Below, piece by piece: positions 48,375 to 57,470 of a stretch of 64,000 nt of DNA; positions within the stretch are counted from its first letter, which is position 1, and each line of letters begins with the position of its first letter. The translations under genes were made by a program, and so were the position numbers. Source of the stretch: Candidatus Omnitrophota bacterium (GTDB taxonomy: Bacteria > Omnitrophota > Gorgyraeia > Gygaellales > Profunditerraquicolaceae). The notes under the pieces are model-generated. The model did no database searches. It saw only the letters and a program-made list of their open reading frames with translations, and was not told where the DNA came from. The DNA lies in the NCBI GenBank assembly GCA_025453395.1, contig JALOQK010000002.1, forward strand, positions 410,509-474,508, given 5' to 3'.

Positions 48375-50259
48375 ACTTTTTATCATCCTCTTCTTTGAAC
48401 TCTGCGTCAATCACATCTTCCTTTTTTTCTTCTTTTTTCGGTTCCTCTGTCGCCGGCCCTCTATCTTCTGACTTCTGGCCTGCGTCTTGCGCCTTCTGCT
48501 GCTTCTGCGAAGCCTGCTTATAAACCTCTTCAGCCAGTTTATGCGAAGCCTTGCTTAAATCGTCCATGGTCTTCTTAATACGCTGCACATCCTTTTCTTT
48601 GATCGCGTTCTTAACATCATTAGCCTTCGCTTCAATATCCGCTTTTTCCTCCTGGCTTATTTTGTCTCCGAAATCGCGAAGTGAGCGTTCTGTGGCATAG
48701 ACAAAATTATCCGCCTGGTTAGTCACTTCCACAAGTTCCTTTTTCTTAACATCATCAGCGGCGAATTTCTCCGCGTCTTTAACCATCTTATCAATTTCTT
48801 CTTTGGAGAGCTTCTTAGGCGCTGTAATGCGCACAGATTGCTCTTTCCCTGTGCCGAGGTCCTTGGCTGAAACATGCACAATGCCATTGGCGTCAATATC
48901 AAAAGTAACCTCTATTTGAGGAACGCCTCTTGGAGCGGGAGGAATACCTACCAGATCAAACCTGCCCAGCTCTACATTATCATCAGCCATGGGCCTTTCG
49001 CCCTGCAAAACCCTAATAGTTACCGCAGTTTGATTGTCCGCGGCAGTAGAAAATGTTTGGCCTTTTCTGGTAGGAACAGTAGTATTTCTCTCAATAAGTT
49101 TAGTACTTACTCCACCCAATGTTTCAATGCCCAAAGATAGCGGAGTAACGTCCAGCAATAATACATCTTTGACTTCGCCTTTCATAATTGCCGCCTGGAT
49201 TGCCGCTCCCATTGCCACGCATTCCATAGGGTCAACCCCGCGCTCAATTTTCTTGCCGATGTAATCCTCAACAAATTTCTGCACAATAGGCATGCGCGTG
49301 GGCCCGCCGACCATAATCACGCGATCAACATCAGAAGCCTTAAGCTTGGCATCAGAAAGCGCCTGTTCCATAGGATGTTTGCAACGATCAATAATAGGAG
49401 ATACCAAGTCTTCAAGCTTAGCGCGGGTTATAGACATCGTCAAATGCTTAGGCCCCGCGGCATCAGCAGTAATAAACGGCAGATTTATATCAGTTGAAAC
49501 TGTGGAAGAAAGCTCCACTTTTGCCTTTTCTGCTGCTTCACGTAATCTCTGCACTGCCATTTTGTCATTACGCAAATCAATTCCGGATTCACGCTTAAAC
49601 TGGTCCATGATATGGTTAATCAAAACGTTATCCATATCAGTTCCGCCCAACTGCGTATCCCCGGATGTTGACTTTACCTCAAAGACGCCTTGCGCCATTT
49701 CCATAATAGTAACGTCAAGGGTACCGCCGCCTAAATCAAAGACCATTATTTTCTGTTCCTTTTGGGATTTTTCCAAGCCATAAGCCAAACACGCTGCCGT
49801 AGGTTCATTGATTATGCGCAAGACTTTCAATCCGGCGATCTCCCCTGCGTCTTTAGTGGCAGTACGCTGGTTATCATCAAAATAAGCCGGGCAAGTAATA
49901 ACCACCTCTTCAACTTTATCGCCCAGATAGGCTTCGGCGTCCTGTTTTACTTTCTGCAGGATAAACGCGGAAATCTGCTGCGGCGAATACTCTTTGCCAA
50001 ATGCCTTAAAATGATAGTCGCTTCCCATCTTACGCTTGGCAGCCTGAATAGTCCCTTCAGGATTGATTGCCGCTTGACGACGCGCTGGCTCGCCGACAAG
50101 GCGCTGTCCGTCTTTGGTAAAAGCCACATAAGACGGAAACGCCTTGCCTGATGCCACCCCTGCTCCTTCCGCAGAAGGAATAATTACCGGCCTACCGCCT
50201 TCCATCACCGCTGCAGCTGAATTCGAAGTACCTAAATCAATACCGATTACTTTTGCCAT
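48373..50259 (-). CDS. dnaK: chaperone DnaK
   Basis: [36 protein letters not shown]; start at MAKVIG after GGAGG. Confidence 0.97.
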   Translation of the reverse strand: MAKVIGIDLGTSNSAAAVMEGGRPVIIPSAEGAGVASGKAFPSYVAFTKDGQRLVGEPARRQAAINPEGTIQAAKRKMGSDYHFKAFGKEYSPQQISAFILQKVKQDAEAYLGDKVEEVVITCPAYFDDNQRTATKDAGEIAGLKVLRIINEPTAACLAYGLEKSQKEQKIMVFDLGGGTLDVTIMEMAQGVFEVKSTSGDTQLGGTDMDNVLINHIMDQFKRESGIDLRNDKMAVQRLREAAEKAKVELSSTVSTDINLPFITADAAGPKHLTMSITRAKLEDLVSPIIDRCKHPMEQALSDAKLKASDVDRVIMVGGPTRMPIVQKFVEDYIGKKIERGVDPMECVAMGAAIQAAIMKGEVKDVLLLDVTPLSLGIETLGGVSTKLIERNTTVPTRKGQTFSTAADNQTAVTIRVLQGERPMADDNVELGRFDLVGIPPAPRGVPQIEVTFDIDANGIVHVSAKDLGTGKEQSVRITAPKKLSKEEIDKMVKDAEKFAADDVKKKELVEVTNQADNFVYATERSLRDFGDKISQEEKADIEAKANDVKNAIKEKDVQRIKKTMDDLSKASHKLAEEVYKQASQKQQKAQDAGQKSEDRGPATEEPKKEEKKEDVIDAEFKEEDDKK

Positions 50260-50303
50260 ATCAATACCCTCCTTGAGCACATAAAGTTTTTGTCCAGCGA
50301 AAA

Positions 50304-50363
50304 TCCGACGAGTGCATTAAAATCTCATGCTCTTTGAAATTTTAATGCATTTTACGAGTCGGA
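50304..50363. repeat. REP-like palindrome between grpE and dnaK
   Basis: TCCGAC-GAG-TGCATTAAAAT...ATTTTAATGCA...GTCGGA. Confidence 0.6.
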
Positions 50364-50383
50364 GTAAATTAAAACATAGCCTA

Positions 50384-50914
50384 CTATTCATTGCTTCTTT
50401 TAGAAACCTTAACTTTCGTAGTTCTTATTACCCTATCATTCATCAAATAGCCCTTCTGCATTTCCTCTAAAACCGTGTGCTCCGGCAAATCCTTATTTTC
50501 TTCCTGCATAAGCGCTTCATGCAAATGCGGATCAAAAACTTTTCCTTCTGCTTCAATAGGTTTGACTCCATAGCTTTTCAATAATTCATACAAATGCGCC
50601 AAAATCATTTCTACGCCTTTGACAAAATTCGTAACCTCAGGATGCTGTTTCTGCTCTGTGGCTACCGTGCGCTCCAAGTCATCAAGGATGTTTAATAAAT
50701 CCACGATCAGGCCTTCATTAGCAAACTTGGCAAATTCCTGCTTTTCTTTGTCCATGCGCTTGCGGGTATTCTCAAAATCCGCCTGCAAACGCAAGATCCG
50801 GTCAGAATAATCCTTGGCTTGTTCTTTTAAGGCCAGGTACTCTTCTTCGGGAATGGTAATTTCCCGCTTCTTTTCTTCTTTGTGCTCTTTCTTTTCCTGA
50901 TTACTCATAATCAT
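50384..50914 (-). CDS. grpE: nucleotide exchange factor GrpE
   Basis: LRLQADFENTRKR, FDPHLHEA, QKGY...RVIR...VKV. Confidence 0.95.
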   Translation of the reverse strand: MIMSNQEKKEHKEEKKREITIPEEEYLALKEQAKDYSDRILRLQADFENTRKRMDKEKQEFAKFANEGLIVDLLNILDDLERTVATEQKQHPEVTNFVKGVEMILAHLYELLKSYGVKPIEAEGKVFDPHLHEALMQEENKDLPEHTVLEEMQKGYLMNDRVIRTTKVKVSKRSNE

Positions 50915-51653
50915 TTAGCTCCTCTAGGGCATCGGATAAAGAATCTGAAATATACTCCAAGGCAGGGATAATATGATTATATTCCATGCGCATGGGGCCC
51001 AAAACCGCGATTTTCCCCAAAGTCTTCTTGCCGGCCGAATAATTGGAAATAACAATCGCGCATCTTTCTACCTCCGGACAGCCTAGTTCATCGCCTATAT
51101 AAATCTTGACCTTATCATCAAAATCACGATTAATTATATTGAAGAAGCGTTGCTTATCTTCAATTAAACGGACAATATTTCTTATCTGCCCGGCATCCTG
51201 AAATTCCGGCTGTTCCAGCATAGAGCTTATGCCCTTATAAAACAGCCTTTTGTCTTGGTTGATAACCGAAGCTATGCCGGCGTAATGCGTAACAGCGCTT
51301 AAGACATCGGTTGTCGCCTCTAACAGATCTTCGAGCTTCTGCAGCTTTTTCTTATATTCGTTGCCAATACGCTCTTTTTCGCCGTCTAAAAGCTGCATCT
51401 GCTGAATCAGTATATCCACGTAATACCGATACCCCTTAACCGTAGGGATTCTTCCTCCGGAAGTATAGGGATGCGTTAAATAACCTTCGTCCTCTAACTG
51501 CTTAAAGATATTGCGTATGGTAGCGGAACTAAGCTCAAAATTGCGGGCAAGATCATCCGAAGATACTGGCTGTGCCTTCTTGATATAAAGGTTTATCACC
51601 TGTGCCAGAACCGCTTTCTTCCTGTTTTCAAAATCTATGTTTTTATTCATCAT
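50901..51653 (-). CDS. hrcA: heat-inducible transcription repressor HrcA (short form)
   Basis: PVSS, SSATIRN, LE..GYL.HPYTSGGRIPT..GYRYYVD, IG.E, VLGPMRMEY. Confidence 0.9.
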   Translation of the reverse strand: MMNKNIDFENRKKAVLAQVINLYIKKAQPVSSDDLARNFELSSATIRNIFKQLEDEGYLTHPYTSGGRIPTVKGYRYYVDILIQQMQLLDGEKERIGNEYKKKLQKLEDLLEATTDVLSAVTHYAGIASVINQDKRLFYKGISSMLEQPEFQDAGQIRNIVRLIEDKQRFFNIINRDFDDKVKIYIGDELGCPEVERCAIVISNYSAGKKTLGKIAVLGPMRMEYNHIIPALEYISDSLSDALEELNDYE

Positions 51654-51661
51654 AGTTTAAA

Positions 51662-51688
51662 TTAGCACTCTTTATCTAAGATTGCTAA
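51662..51688. promoter_or_regulatory. CIRCE operator upstream of hrcA
   Basis: TTAGCACTC-N9-GATTGCTAA (1 mismatch). Confidence 0.9.
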
Positions 51689-51694
51689 CGGGTA

Positions 51695-51722
51695 ATTCTA
51701 ACATAAATCACCCCTTTGTCAA
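51695..51722 (-). promoter_or_regulatory. sigma70-type promoter of hrcA operon
   Basis: TTGACA-16bp-(TGn)TAGAAT just upstream of CIRCE. Confidence 0.7.
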
Positions 51723-51733
51723 TAGGCACTTCC

Positions 51734-53908
51734 TTATCGAATTACAAATTTTAGCCCCTGGTCCGCCTGCACATCCACGATAATTTTCTTTGCCAAATAA
51801 GTTTTATGCTCTAAAATCTTTAAGGCCAAGGGATCCTGAATATATCTATTTATCGCGCGCTTCAGCGGCCGGGCGCCAAAATTAATGTCAAACCCTTGTT
51901 CTAAAAGAAATTCTTTGGCCTTACTTGTAACCTCTAAAGTAATCCCAAGGCTCAACATCTTTTCATAAAGCGGCTCTAACTGCAGATCCACGATCTTTAA
52001 CAATTCAGCTTGCCTTAAGGAATTAAAAACCACAATATCATCTAAACGGTTGATAAATTCCGGACGAAAGAATTTGCGCACCTCTTCCATAAGTTTATCT
52101 TTTAGAAATACAGCGTTGTCTGCGGCTTTCTGGGCCTGCTGTTGAATAATATCCTGCCCAATATTAGAGGTCATAATAACTACGGTATTTCTAAAATTAA
52201 CTACCTGCCCATGGCCATCCGTAAGCCTGCCGTCGTCCAAGACCTGCAAAAGAATATTAAAAACATCCGGGTGCGCCTTTTCAATTTCATCAAGAAGGAT
52301 CACCGCATACGGCCTTCTTCTTATTTTCTCGGTCAATTGCCCGCCTTCATCATAGCCTACATACCCGGGAGGAGCTCCGATAAGCCGCGACACGCTGTGT
52401 TTTTCCATATATTCAGACATATCTATACGGATAAGCGCGTCATTATCGTCAAATAAAAATCCTGCCAACTCCTGCGCCAGCTTTGTTTTGCCTACGCCTG
52501 TGGGCCCTAAGAAAATAAAAGAGCCTATGGGCCTGCGCTCATCCGCTAAACCGCTTTGCGAACGCCGGATAGCCGCGGCAATAGTTTCTACTGCCTGATC
52601 CTGGCCGATAACGCTGGATTTAAGGCGCTGTTCCATTTTGAGCAATTTCTCTGCGTCTTGCTCCTTAAGTTTGGCAAGAGCGATACCAGTTGACTCAGAA
52701 ACCACATTAGCAATATCATCGTCATCAACCTCTTGCCTTAACATAGGGCTGCCCTCGGAAATCTTTTCTAATTCATCGTTTTTCTTATTTAACTGTGCGC
52801 CCAGATCCACCAACTCTCCATATTTAATCCGCGCGGCCTTTTCCAAGTCCCCGGTTTTTTCAGCAGAATGAGCCTGATTCTTTAATTGTTCGATTTTCTC
52901 TTTAATATTCTGGATACTGACAATCACCGCCTTTTCCTTTTCCCATCTTTTTTTCTTTTCCTCAAGCTCTATCTTTAAAATTGACAAATCCTGCTCAATT
53001 TTATTCAATCGGTCCTGCGAATCCTTTTCTATTTCTTTTTTCAAGGCCTGCCTCTGGATTTCAAGCTGCAGGATTTTTCTCTGCAGGTTATCCACCTGCG
53101 CAGGCATACTGTCTATTTCAATACGCAGGCGGCTGGCGGCTTCATCAATCAGATCCACAGCTTTATCCGGCAAATGCCGCTGATTAATGTAGCGCGCTGA
53201 CAACTTAGCCGCAGCAATTAATGCCGAATCTTTAATGCGCACCCCATGATGCACCTCATATTTCTCTTTAAGCCCGCGTAAAATCGCAATTGTATCGTGG
53301 ACACTTGGCTCTTCCAGGAATACCGTCTGGAACCTGCGCTCAAGCGCGCGGTCTTTTTCAATATACTGCCTGTATTCATCAAGAGTAGTCGCTCCGATAC
53401 AACGTAACTGCCCCCGGGCAAGCATGGGCTTTAGCATATTAGAAGCGTCAATGGCCCCTTCTGCCGCACCTGCTCCCACAATAGTATGCAGTTCGTCAAT
53501 AAAAAGAATTATTTCCTTGTCCTTTTCCTGTATTTCTTTTAAAACTGCCTTGAGCCTGTCTTCAAATTCGCCGCGGAATTTTGCTCCGGCAATAAGGCTT
53601 CCCAGATCCAAAGAAACAATCCTCTTGTTTTTTAAACCCTCCGGGACATCATTAGAAACGATCCTCTGGGCTAAACCTTCAACTACCGCGGTTTTGCCCA
53701 CTCCCGCCTCTCCGATTAAAACCGGATTATTTTTTGTCCGGCGGGAAAGAACCTGCATTAACCGCCTTATTTGAGAATCCCTGCCAATTACCGGATCAAG
53801 TTTCATCTGCCGGGCAAGCGCGGTAATATCCTGCCCATACTTTTCCAGGGCGCTTGATCCTTCTTGGGAGTTCTGCTCTTGTTCAATTCTAAAATCCTCC
53901 TGGCCCAT
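51734..53908 (-). CDS. clpB: ClpB-family AAA+ disaggregase lacking the N-terminal domain
   Basis: [22 protein letters not shown], coiled-coil M domain, [17 protein letters not shown]; start MGQE after AAGGAG. Confidence 0.9.
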   Translation of the reverse strand: MGQEDFRIEQEQNSQEGSSALEKYGQDITALARQMKLDPVIGRDSQIRRLMQVLSRRTKNNPVLIGEAGVGKTAVVEGLAQRIVSNDVPEGLKNKRIVSLDLGSLIAGAKFRGEFEDRLKAVLKEIQEKDKEIILFIDELHTIVGAGAAEGAIDASNMLKPMLARGQLRCIGATTLDEYRQYIEKDRALERRFQTVFLEEPSVHDTIAILRGLKEKYEVHHGVRIKDSALIAAAKLSARYINQRHLPDKAVDLIDEAASRLRIEIDSMPAQVDNLQRKILQLEIQRQALKKEIEKDSQDRLNKIEQDLSILKIELEEKKKRWEKEKAVIVSIQNIKEKIEQLKNQAHSAEKTGDLEKAARIKYGELVDLGAQLNKKNDELEKISEGSPMLRQEVDDDDIANVVSESTGIALAKLKEQDAEKLLKMEQRLKSSVIGQDQAVETIAAAIRRSQSGLADERRPIGSFIFLGPTGVGKTKLAQELAGFLFDDNDALIRIDMSEYMEKHSVSRLIGAPPGYVGYDEGGQLTEKIRRRPYAVILLDEIEKAHPDVFNILLQVLDDGRLTDGHGQVVNFRNTVVIMTSNIGQDIIQQQAQKAADNAVFLKDKLMEEVRKFFRPEFINRLDDIVVFNSLRQAELLKIVDLQLEPLYEKMLSLGITLEVTSKAKEFLLEQGFDINFGARPLKRAINRYIQDPLALKILEHKTYLAKKIIVDVQADQGLKFVIR

Positions 53909-53928
53909 CTTAAATTCTCCTTTCACCA

Positions 53929-53955
53929 TTAGCACTCTGATATATTGAGTGCTAA
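53929..53955. promoter_or_regulatory. CIRCE operator upstream of clpB
   Basis: Perfect TTAGCACTC-N9-GAGTGCTAA. Confidence 0.95.
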
Positions 53956-53978
53956 CATAAAAATAAAAAAAATTTACC

Positions 53979-54236
53979 CTAAACTTCTTTTTCCAAAATA
54001 ATTTTTATTCCGTGGATATTCACTTTTTTCTCCTCCATGAGATAATGCACGTACTCTAATCGGCGCATATCCTTTAAAGAATAAAGCCTGCTTTTCTTAC
54101 CTACTCTTTTGGGCTTAACCACTCCTGCCTTATCCAACTGCCTTAAAGTCCATACCGGTAAATCCACCAATTTGCTCACAATGCTTATTACATAAACTGG
54201 TTCATCCGGGCTTATCTGAATATCAAACAAAGGCAT
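53979..54236 (-). CDS. MerR-family (HspR-like) transcriptional regulator
   Basis: DEPVYVISIVSKL...TLR...GVVKPKR...RLYS..D...VNIHGIK. Confidence 0.85.
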   Translation of the reverse strand: MPLFDIQISPDEPVYVISIVSKLVDLPVWTLRQLDKAGVVKPKRVGKKSRLYSLKDMRRLEYVHYLMEEKKVNIHGIKIILEKEV

Positions 54237-54325
54237 GAAATTCTCCTGATTTCGGCGTGCCTATGGGGTTTACTCCGAAATAACACTTTGCTCTGCAAAG
54301 TGCTTTCTAGTTTATTTACAATAAG

Positions 54326-54354
54326 AGAATAGCACAACCCAACTATTCTGTCAA
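54326..54354 (-). promoter_or_regulatory. sigma70-type promoter with overlapping dyad
   Basis: TTGACA-17bp-(TGn)TATTCT; AGAATAG-N10-CTATTCT at 54326-54349. Confidence 0.65.
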
Positions 54355-54360
54355 GCAAAA

Positions 54361-55644
54361 TTAATTATTTTTGTTAGATATTCTAACAGTTATCCCCATC
54401 TTCTTATCCAACAACAGCTTATCTGCTAATACTTTAGTCGTAACCAGCTTGATCTCTACGCTTTTATTAAGGTATTTAATCTGTTCAACCTTGCCCATTT
54501 TGTAAATCATATTCACCAAATCCATTCTCCCCTGCGCAAGGGTTAAATCTAACTTCACCATCCTTGCGCTAAACACCTGGGTGATTTTTTCTAATAATTT
54601 ATCTATATTCTTACTCGTCAAAGCAGAAATTGCCACAGAATCCGCATAAGTGCTCAACAGATTATCTAAATACTGCTGATCAGGCACAAGGTCAATTTTG
54701 TTTAATACGGTGATAGTTTTCTTGTCTTCTAATTCCAATTGCTTCAAAACATCTAATACCGCCAGATACAATTGTTCGCTTTTGTGATGGCTTGCGTCCA
54801 AAACGTGCAAAAGCAAGTCCGCCTCAATGGCCTCTTCCAAGGTGCCATGAAATGCCTGGATTAAATGATGCGGCAGATTATAAAGAAAACCCACGGTATC
54901 TGAAATAATTATCTGCTCTTTATTCAAAAGGGAGAGGTTGCGCGATAAAGGATCAAGGGTTGTAAAAAGGCTGTTCTGGACCTTCTGCCCGGCAAAAGTT
55001 AAAGTATTAAGAAGCGTTGATTTACCGGCATTAGTATAACCCACAATCGCCACAACCGGAATGTCATTTTCTTTTCTTTTCTTGCGCGCAACTTGCCGAT
55101 GCAAAGACAATCGCGCCAGCTGCTCCTTTAGTTTATCAATTCTTGCGCGCACGCATCTTCGGTCTGTTTCAAGCTTCTGTTCACCGGGGCCGCGCGTACC
55201 AATGCCTGCACCCAGCCGCGACAACCAGGGGTCACTGCCCACAAGCCGCGGCAGAAGATATTCCAATTGCGCCAACTCCACTTGCGTTTTTCCTTCCATG
55301 CTCTTGGCATGCCTGGCAAAAATATCCAAGATAAGCTGGGTGCGGTCAATTACTTTCTTGTCCAACACCTCTTCAAGATTGCGCTGTTGGGTGCCGGACA
55401 AATCCACATTAAAAATTACCGTCTGAACGTCATATTCAGATGCCAAAGCTTTCAATTCTTCGGCTTTGCCCTTACCTATATATAGATTGGGGGTGATTTG
55501 TTTTAGCATGCAGGGGATCGTATCTACCGGCTCTGCGGAAGCTGTATCCGCAAGCTCTTCTAACTCAAGCGCCATATCCTCAAGCGCCCAGCCAGATTCA
55601 TCATCATATTCTTTTACTACGATTAACAATGCTCTTTCTTTCAT
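54361..55644 (-). CDS. hflX: GTPase HflX
   Basis: [42 protein letters not shown]. Confidence 0.95.
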   Translation of the reverse strand: MKERALLIVVKEYDDESGWALEDMALELEELADTASAEPVDTIPCMLKQITPNLYIGKGKAEELKALASEYDVQTVIFNVDLSGTQQRNLEEVLDKKVIDRTQLILDIFARHAKSMEGKTQVELAQLEYLLPRLVGSDPWLSRLGAGIGTRGPGEQKLETDRRCVRARIDKLKEQLARLSLHRQVARKKRKENDIPVVAIVGYTNAGKSTLLNTLTFAGQKVQNSLFTTLDPLSRNLSLLNKEQIIISDTVGFLYNLPHHLIQAFHGTLEEAIEADLLLHVLDASHHKSEQLYLAVLDVLKQLELEDKKTITVLNKIDLVPDQQYLDNLLSTYADSVAISALTSKNIDKLLEKITQVFSARMVKLDLTLAQGRMDLVNMIYKMGKVEQIKYLNKSVEIKLVTTKVLADKLLLDKKMGITVRISNKNN

Positions 55645-55648
55645 TACC

Positions 55649-56575
55649 CTAACTTTCCAATCTGTTGGCAATAAGCTTAGAGATAGCGGACGGCTTATCC
55701 TTTGCCTTGATTTCTATCCAACATAAACGCTTATCTTTTCTAAACCAAGTCAGCTGGCGCTTAGCATATAAACGGGTATTATGCTTAATCCGCTCTAAAG
55801 CTTCTTCCAATAAACACTCATCCTTTAAGTAAGAACCAATTTCAGAGATTCCTATGGCAAAGCTGGCGGTTCGGCTTGTTTTCTTCTTTAATAAATCCTT
55901 CACTTCTTTTAATAATCCCGACTTTTGCATTTTATTTACCCGCTTATCAATGCGAGAATACAAATCTTTCCTGTCCATATTAAGACAAAAGGCTTTAATA
56001 TCATAACTATCCGCCAAGCCGCTTCTTTGTTTCTGCAAAAAAGATATTTTCTTGCCCGTACCCAGAAAAACTTCCAGTGCCCGTATAACCCGCTTCAGGT
56101 CATGGGGATGGATCTTAGCTGCCGCCTCTTTATCGGTTTTTAGCAATATCTGATACAAATATTCTTTGCCCTTGTCTTGGGAAAGCTTATATAGCCGGGA
56201 ACGGATTTTTTCCTGCTCTGGAATTTTAACTTCAAAAATGCCGTCCAGCAAAATAGACATATAAAGCCCTGTGCCGCCAACAAGAATCGGGGTTTTTCCG
56301 CGCGAAAAAATATCAATTATTGCCGCATTGGCTTGTTTACGGTACCGCGAAACATCATATTCACAAGTTACCGGAACTTGTTCAAATAAATGATGCTTGA
56401 CTTGCCTCTTAAATTTATCTTCAGGAGCAGAATTCAAAATATTCATTCCCTGGTAGACTTGCATGGAATCACAACAGACAATCTCGCCGTTTATTTTCTT
56501 TGCCAGGCAATAAGCGACCGCGCTTTTACCCGAAGCTGTAGGCCCAACAATAAAAATAATTCTTTTTTTCAGCAA
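55649..56575 (-). CDS. miaA: tRNA dimethylallyltransferase
   Basis: [36 protein letters not shown]. Confidence 0.95.
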   Translation of the reverse strand: MLKKRIIFIVGPTASGKSAVAYCLAKKINGEIVCCDSMQVYQGMNILNSAPEDKFKRQVKHHLFEQVPVTCEYDVSRYRKQANAAIIDIFSRGKTPILVGGTGLYMSILLDGIFEVKIPEQEKIRSRLYKLSQDKGKEYLYQILLKTDKEAAAKIHPHDLKRVIRALEVFLGTGKKISFLQKQRSGLADSYDIKAFCLNMDRKDLYSRIDKRVNKMQKSGLLKEVKDLLKKKTSRTASFAIGISEIGSYLKDECLLEEALERIKHNTRLYAKRQLTWFRKDKRLCWIEIKAKDKPSAISKLIANRLES

Positions 56576-56622
56576 AGCATTCCTCTCATACTAAAACCAA
56601 AAGATTTTGGCATAAACATCTA

Positions 56623-57411
56623 CTATGGGAAAATTTTGGTAGGTAAACCCTGGCCAGATAGTTTTTTCTCTACGACTTGGGCTTCTTGCAGCGAATTCAA
56701 CTTGCCCACGCGCACTTTATAAACCGGCTTGCCGGAATTCTCTGACTGAACAAGATAGGAATCAAACCCCTGATTATATAACCTATCCTTTAGCTCTAAA
56801 GCGTTATTTTTCTCACTAAATGCGCCCACTTGGACACAATAGAATTCTTTGGGGCAGACTTCTTCGGGCTTAAGCTGAAAACAACTGAAACTGGGGTCCT
56901 TTAATTTAGCTAAATAATTCTGCGATTTAACAGTATCGCCTTTTTTTAACGCGCATTGGCTTAAACGGTAATAAATCTGGTCCAACACTACCGAAAACTC
57001 GCTATCTGTAATAGTGCCCTCGTAGATACCCTGCGCCTTGGTATAGTCCTCTCTCAAGAAAAACGTATCCCCTAATCCTATTTTAGCCTTAGTTTTGAAT
57101 TTGCTGTCCTGAAATTCATTGATCACTATCTCGAAAATATCTGACGCGCGCAGATAATTTGCGTCTTTAAGATAACTAATCCCTAAAAGATAATATAACT
57201 CATCCATGCCCTTTTCATCATGTTTGGTATCCCCCAGCAGGATCTCCCCCTCTATGATAGCCGCCTTATAATCATGCCTTAAGATATCAACCTTGATCTT
57301 CTCTAAATCCAAAGCATAAACGCGTGATACAAACGAAAAACTCAAAGCGAAAAATGTAAAACCAAAACTTAAAATTAAAAATTTAACCGCTTTTTCTCTT
57401 TGTCTTTTCAT
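56623..57411 (-). CDS. exported TPR + SPOR domain protein
   Basis: Signal peptide ending VYA, TPR-like helices, YCVQVGAFS..NA...YKVRVG. Confidence 0.85.
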   Translation of the reverse strand: MKRQREKAVKFLILSFGFTFFALSFSFVSRVYALDLEKIKVDILRHDYKAAIIEGEILLGDTKHDEKGMDELYYLLGISYLKDANYLRASDIFEIVINEFQDSKFKTKAKIGLGDTFFLREDYTKAQGIYEGTITDSEFSVVLDQIYYRLSQCALKKGDTVKSQNYLAKLKDPSFSCFQLKPEEVCPKEFYCVQVGAFSEKNNALELKDRLYNQGFDSYLVQSENSGKPVYKVRVGKLNSLQEAQVVEKKLSGQGLPTKIFP

Positions 57412-57470
57412 GTTTACATTTTAACTTTTAAACTTTAGCTTTACGTTTTTCGTTTTGCGCTTTAAGCTTA
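57331..57470. repeat. heptamer-periodic inverted array (AAGCGWA family) overlapping the miaB 3' end and the SPOR gene 5' end
   Basis: AAGCGAA AAATGTA AAACCAA AACTTAA AATT matches the 48301-48332 arm; opposite arm TTTAGCT TTACGTT TTTCGTT TTGCGCT TTAAGCT. Confidence 0.75.

Noticed and set aside
55645-55648. Missing hfq between miaA and hflX
   Set aside because: hfq is absent from many phyla, so this is not informative
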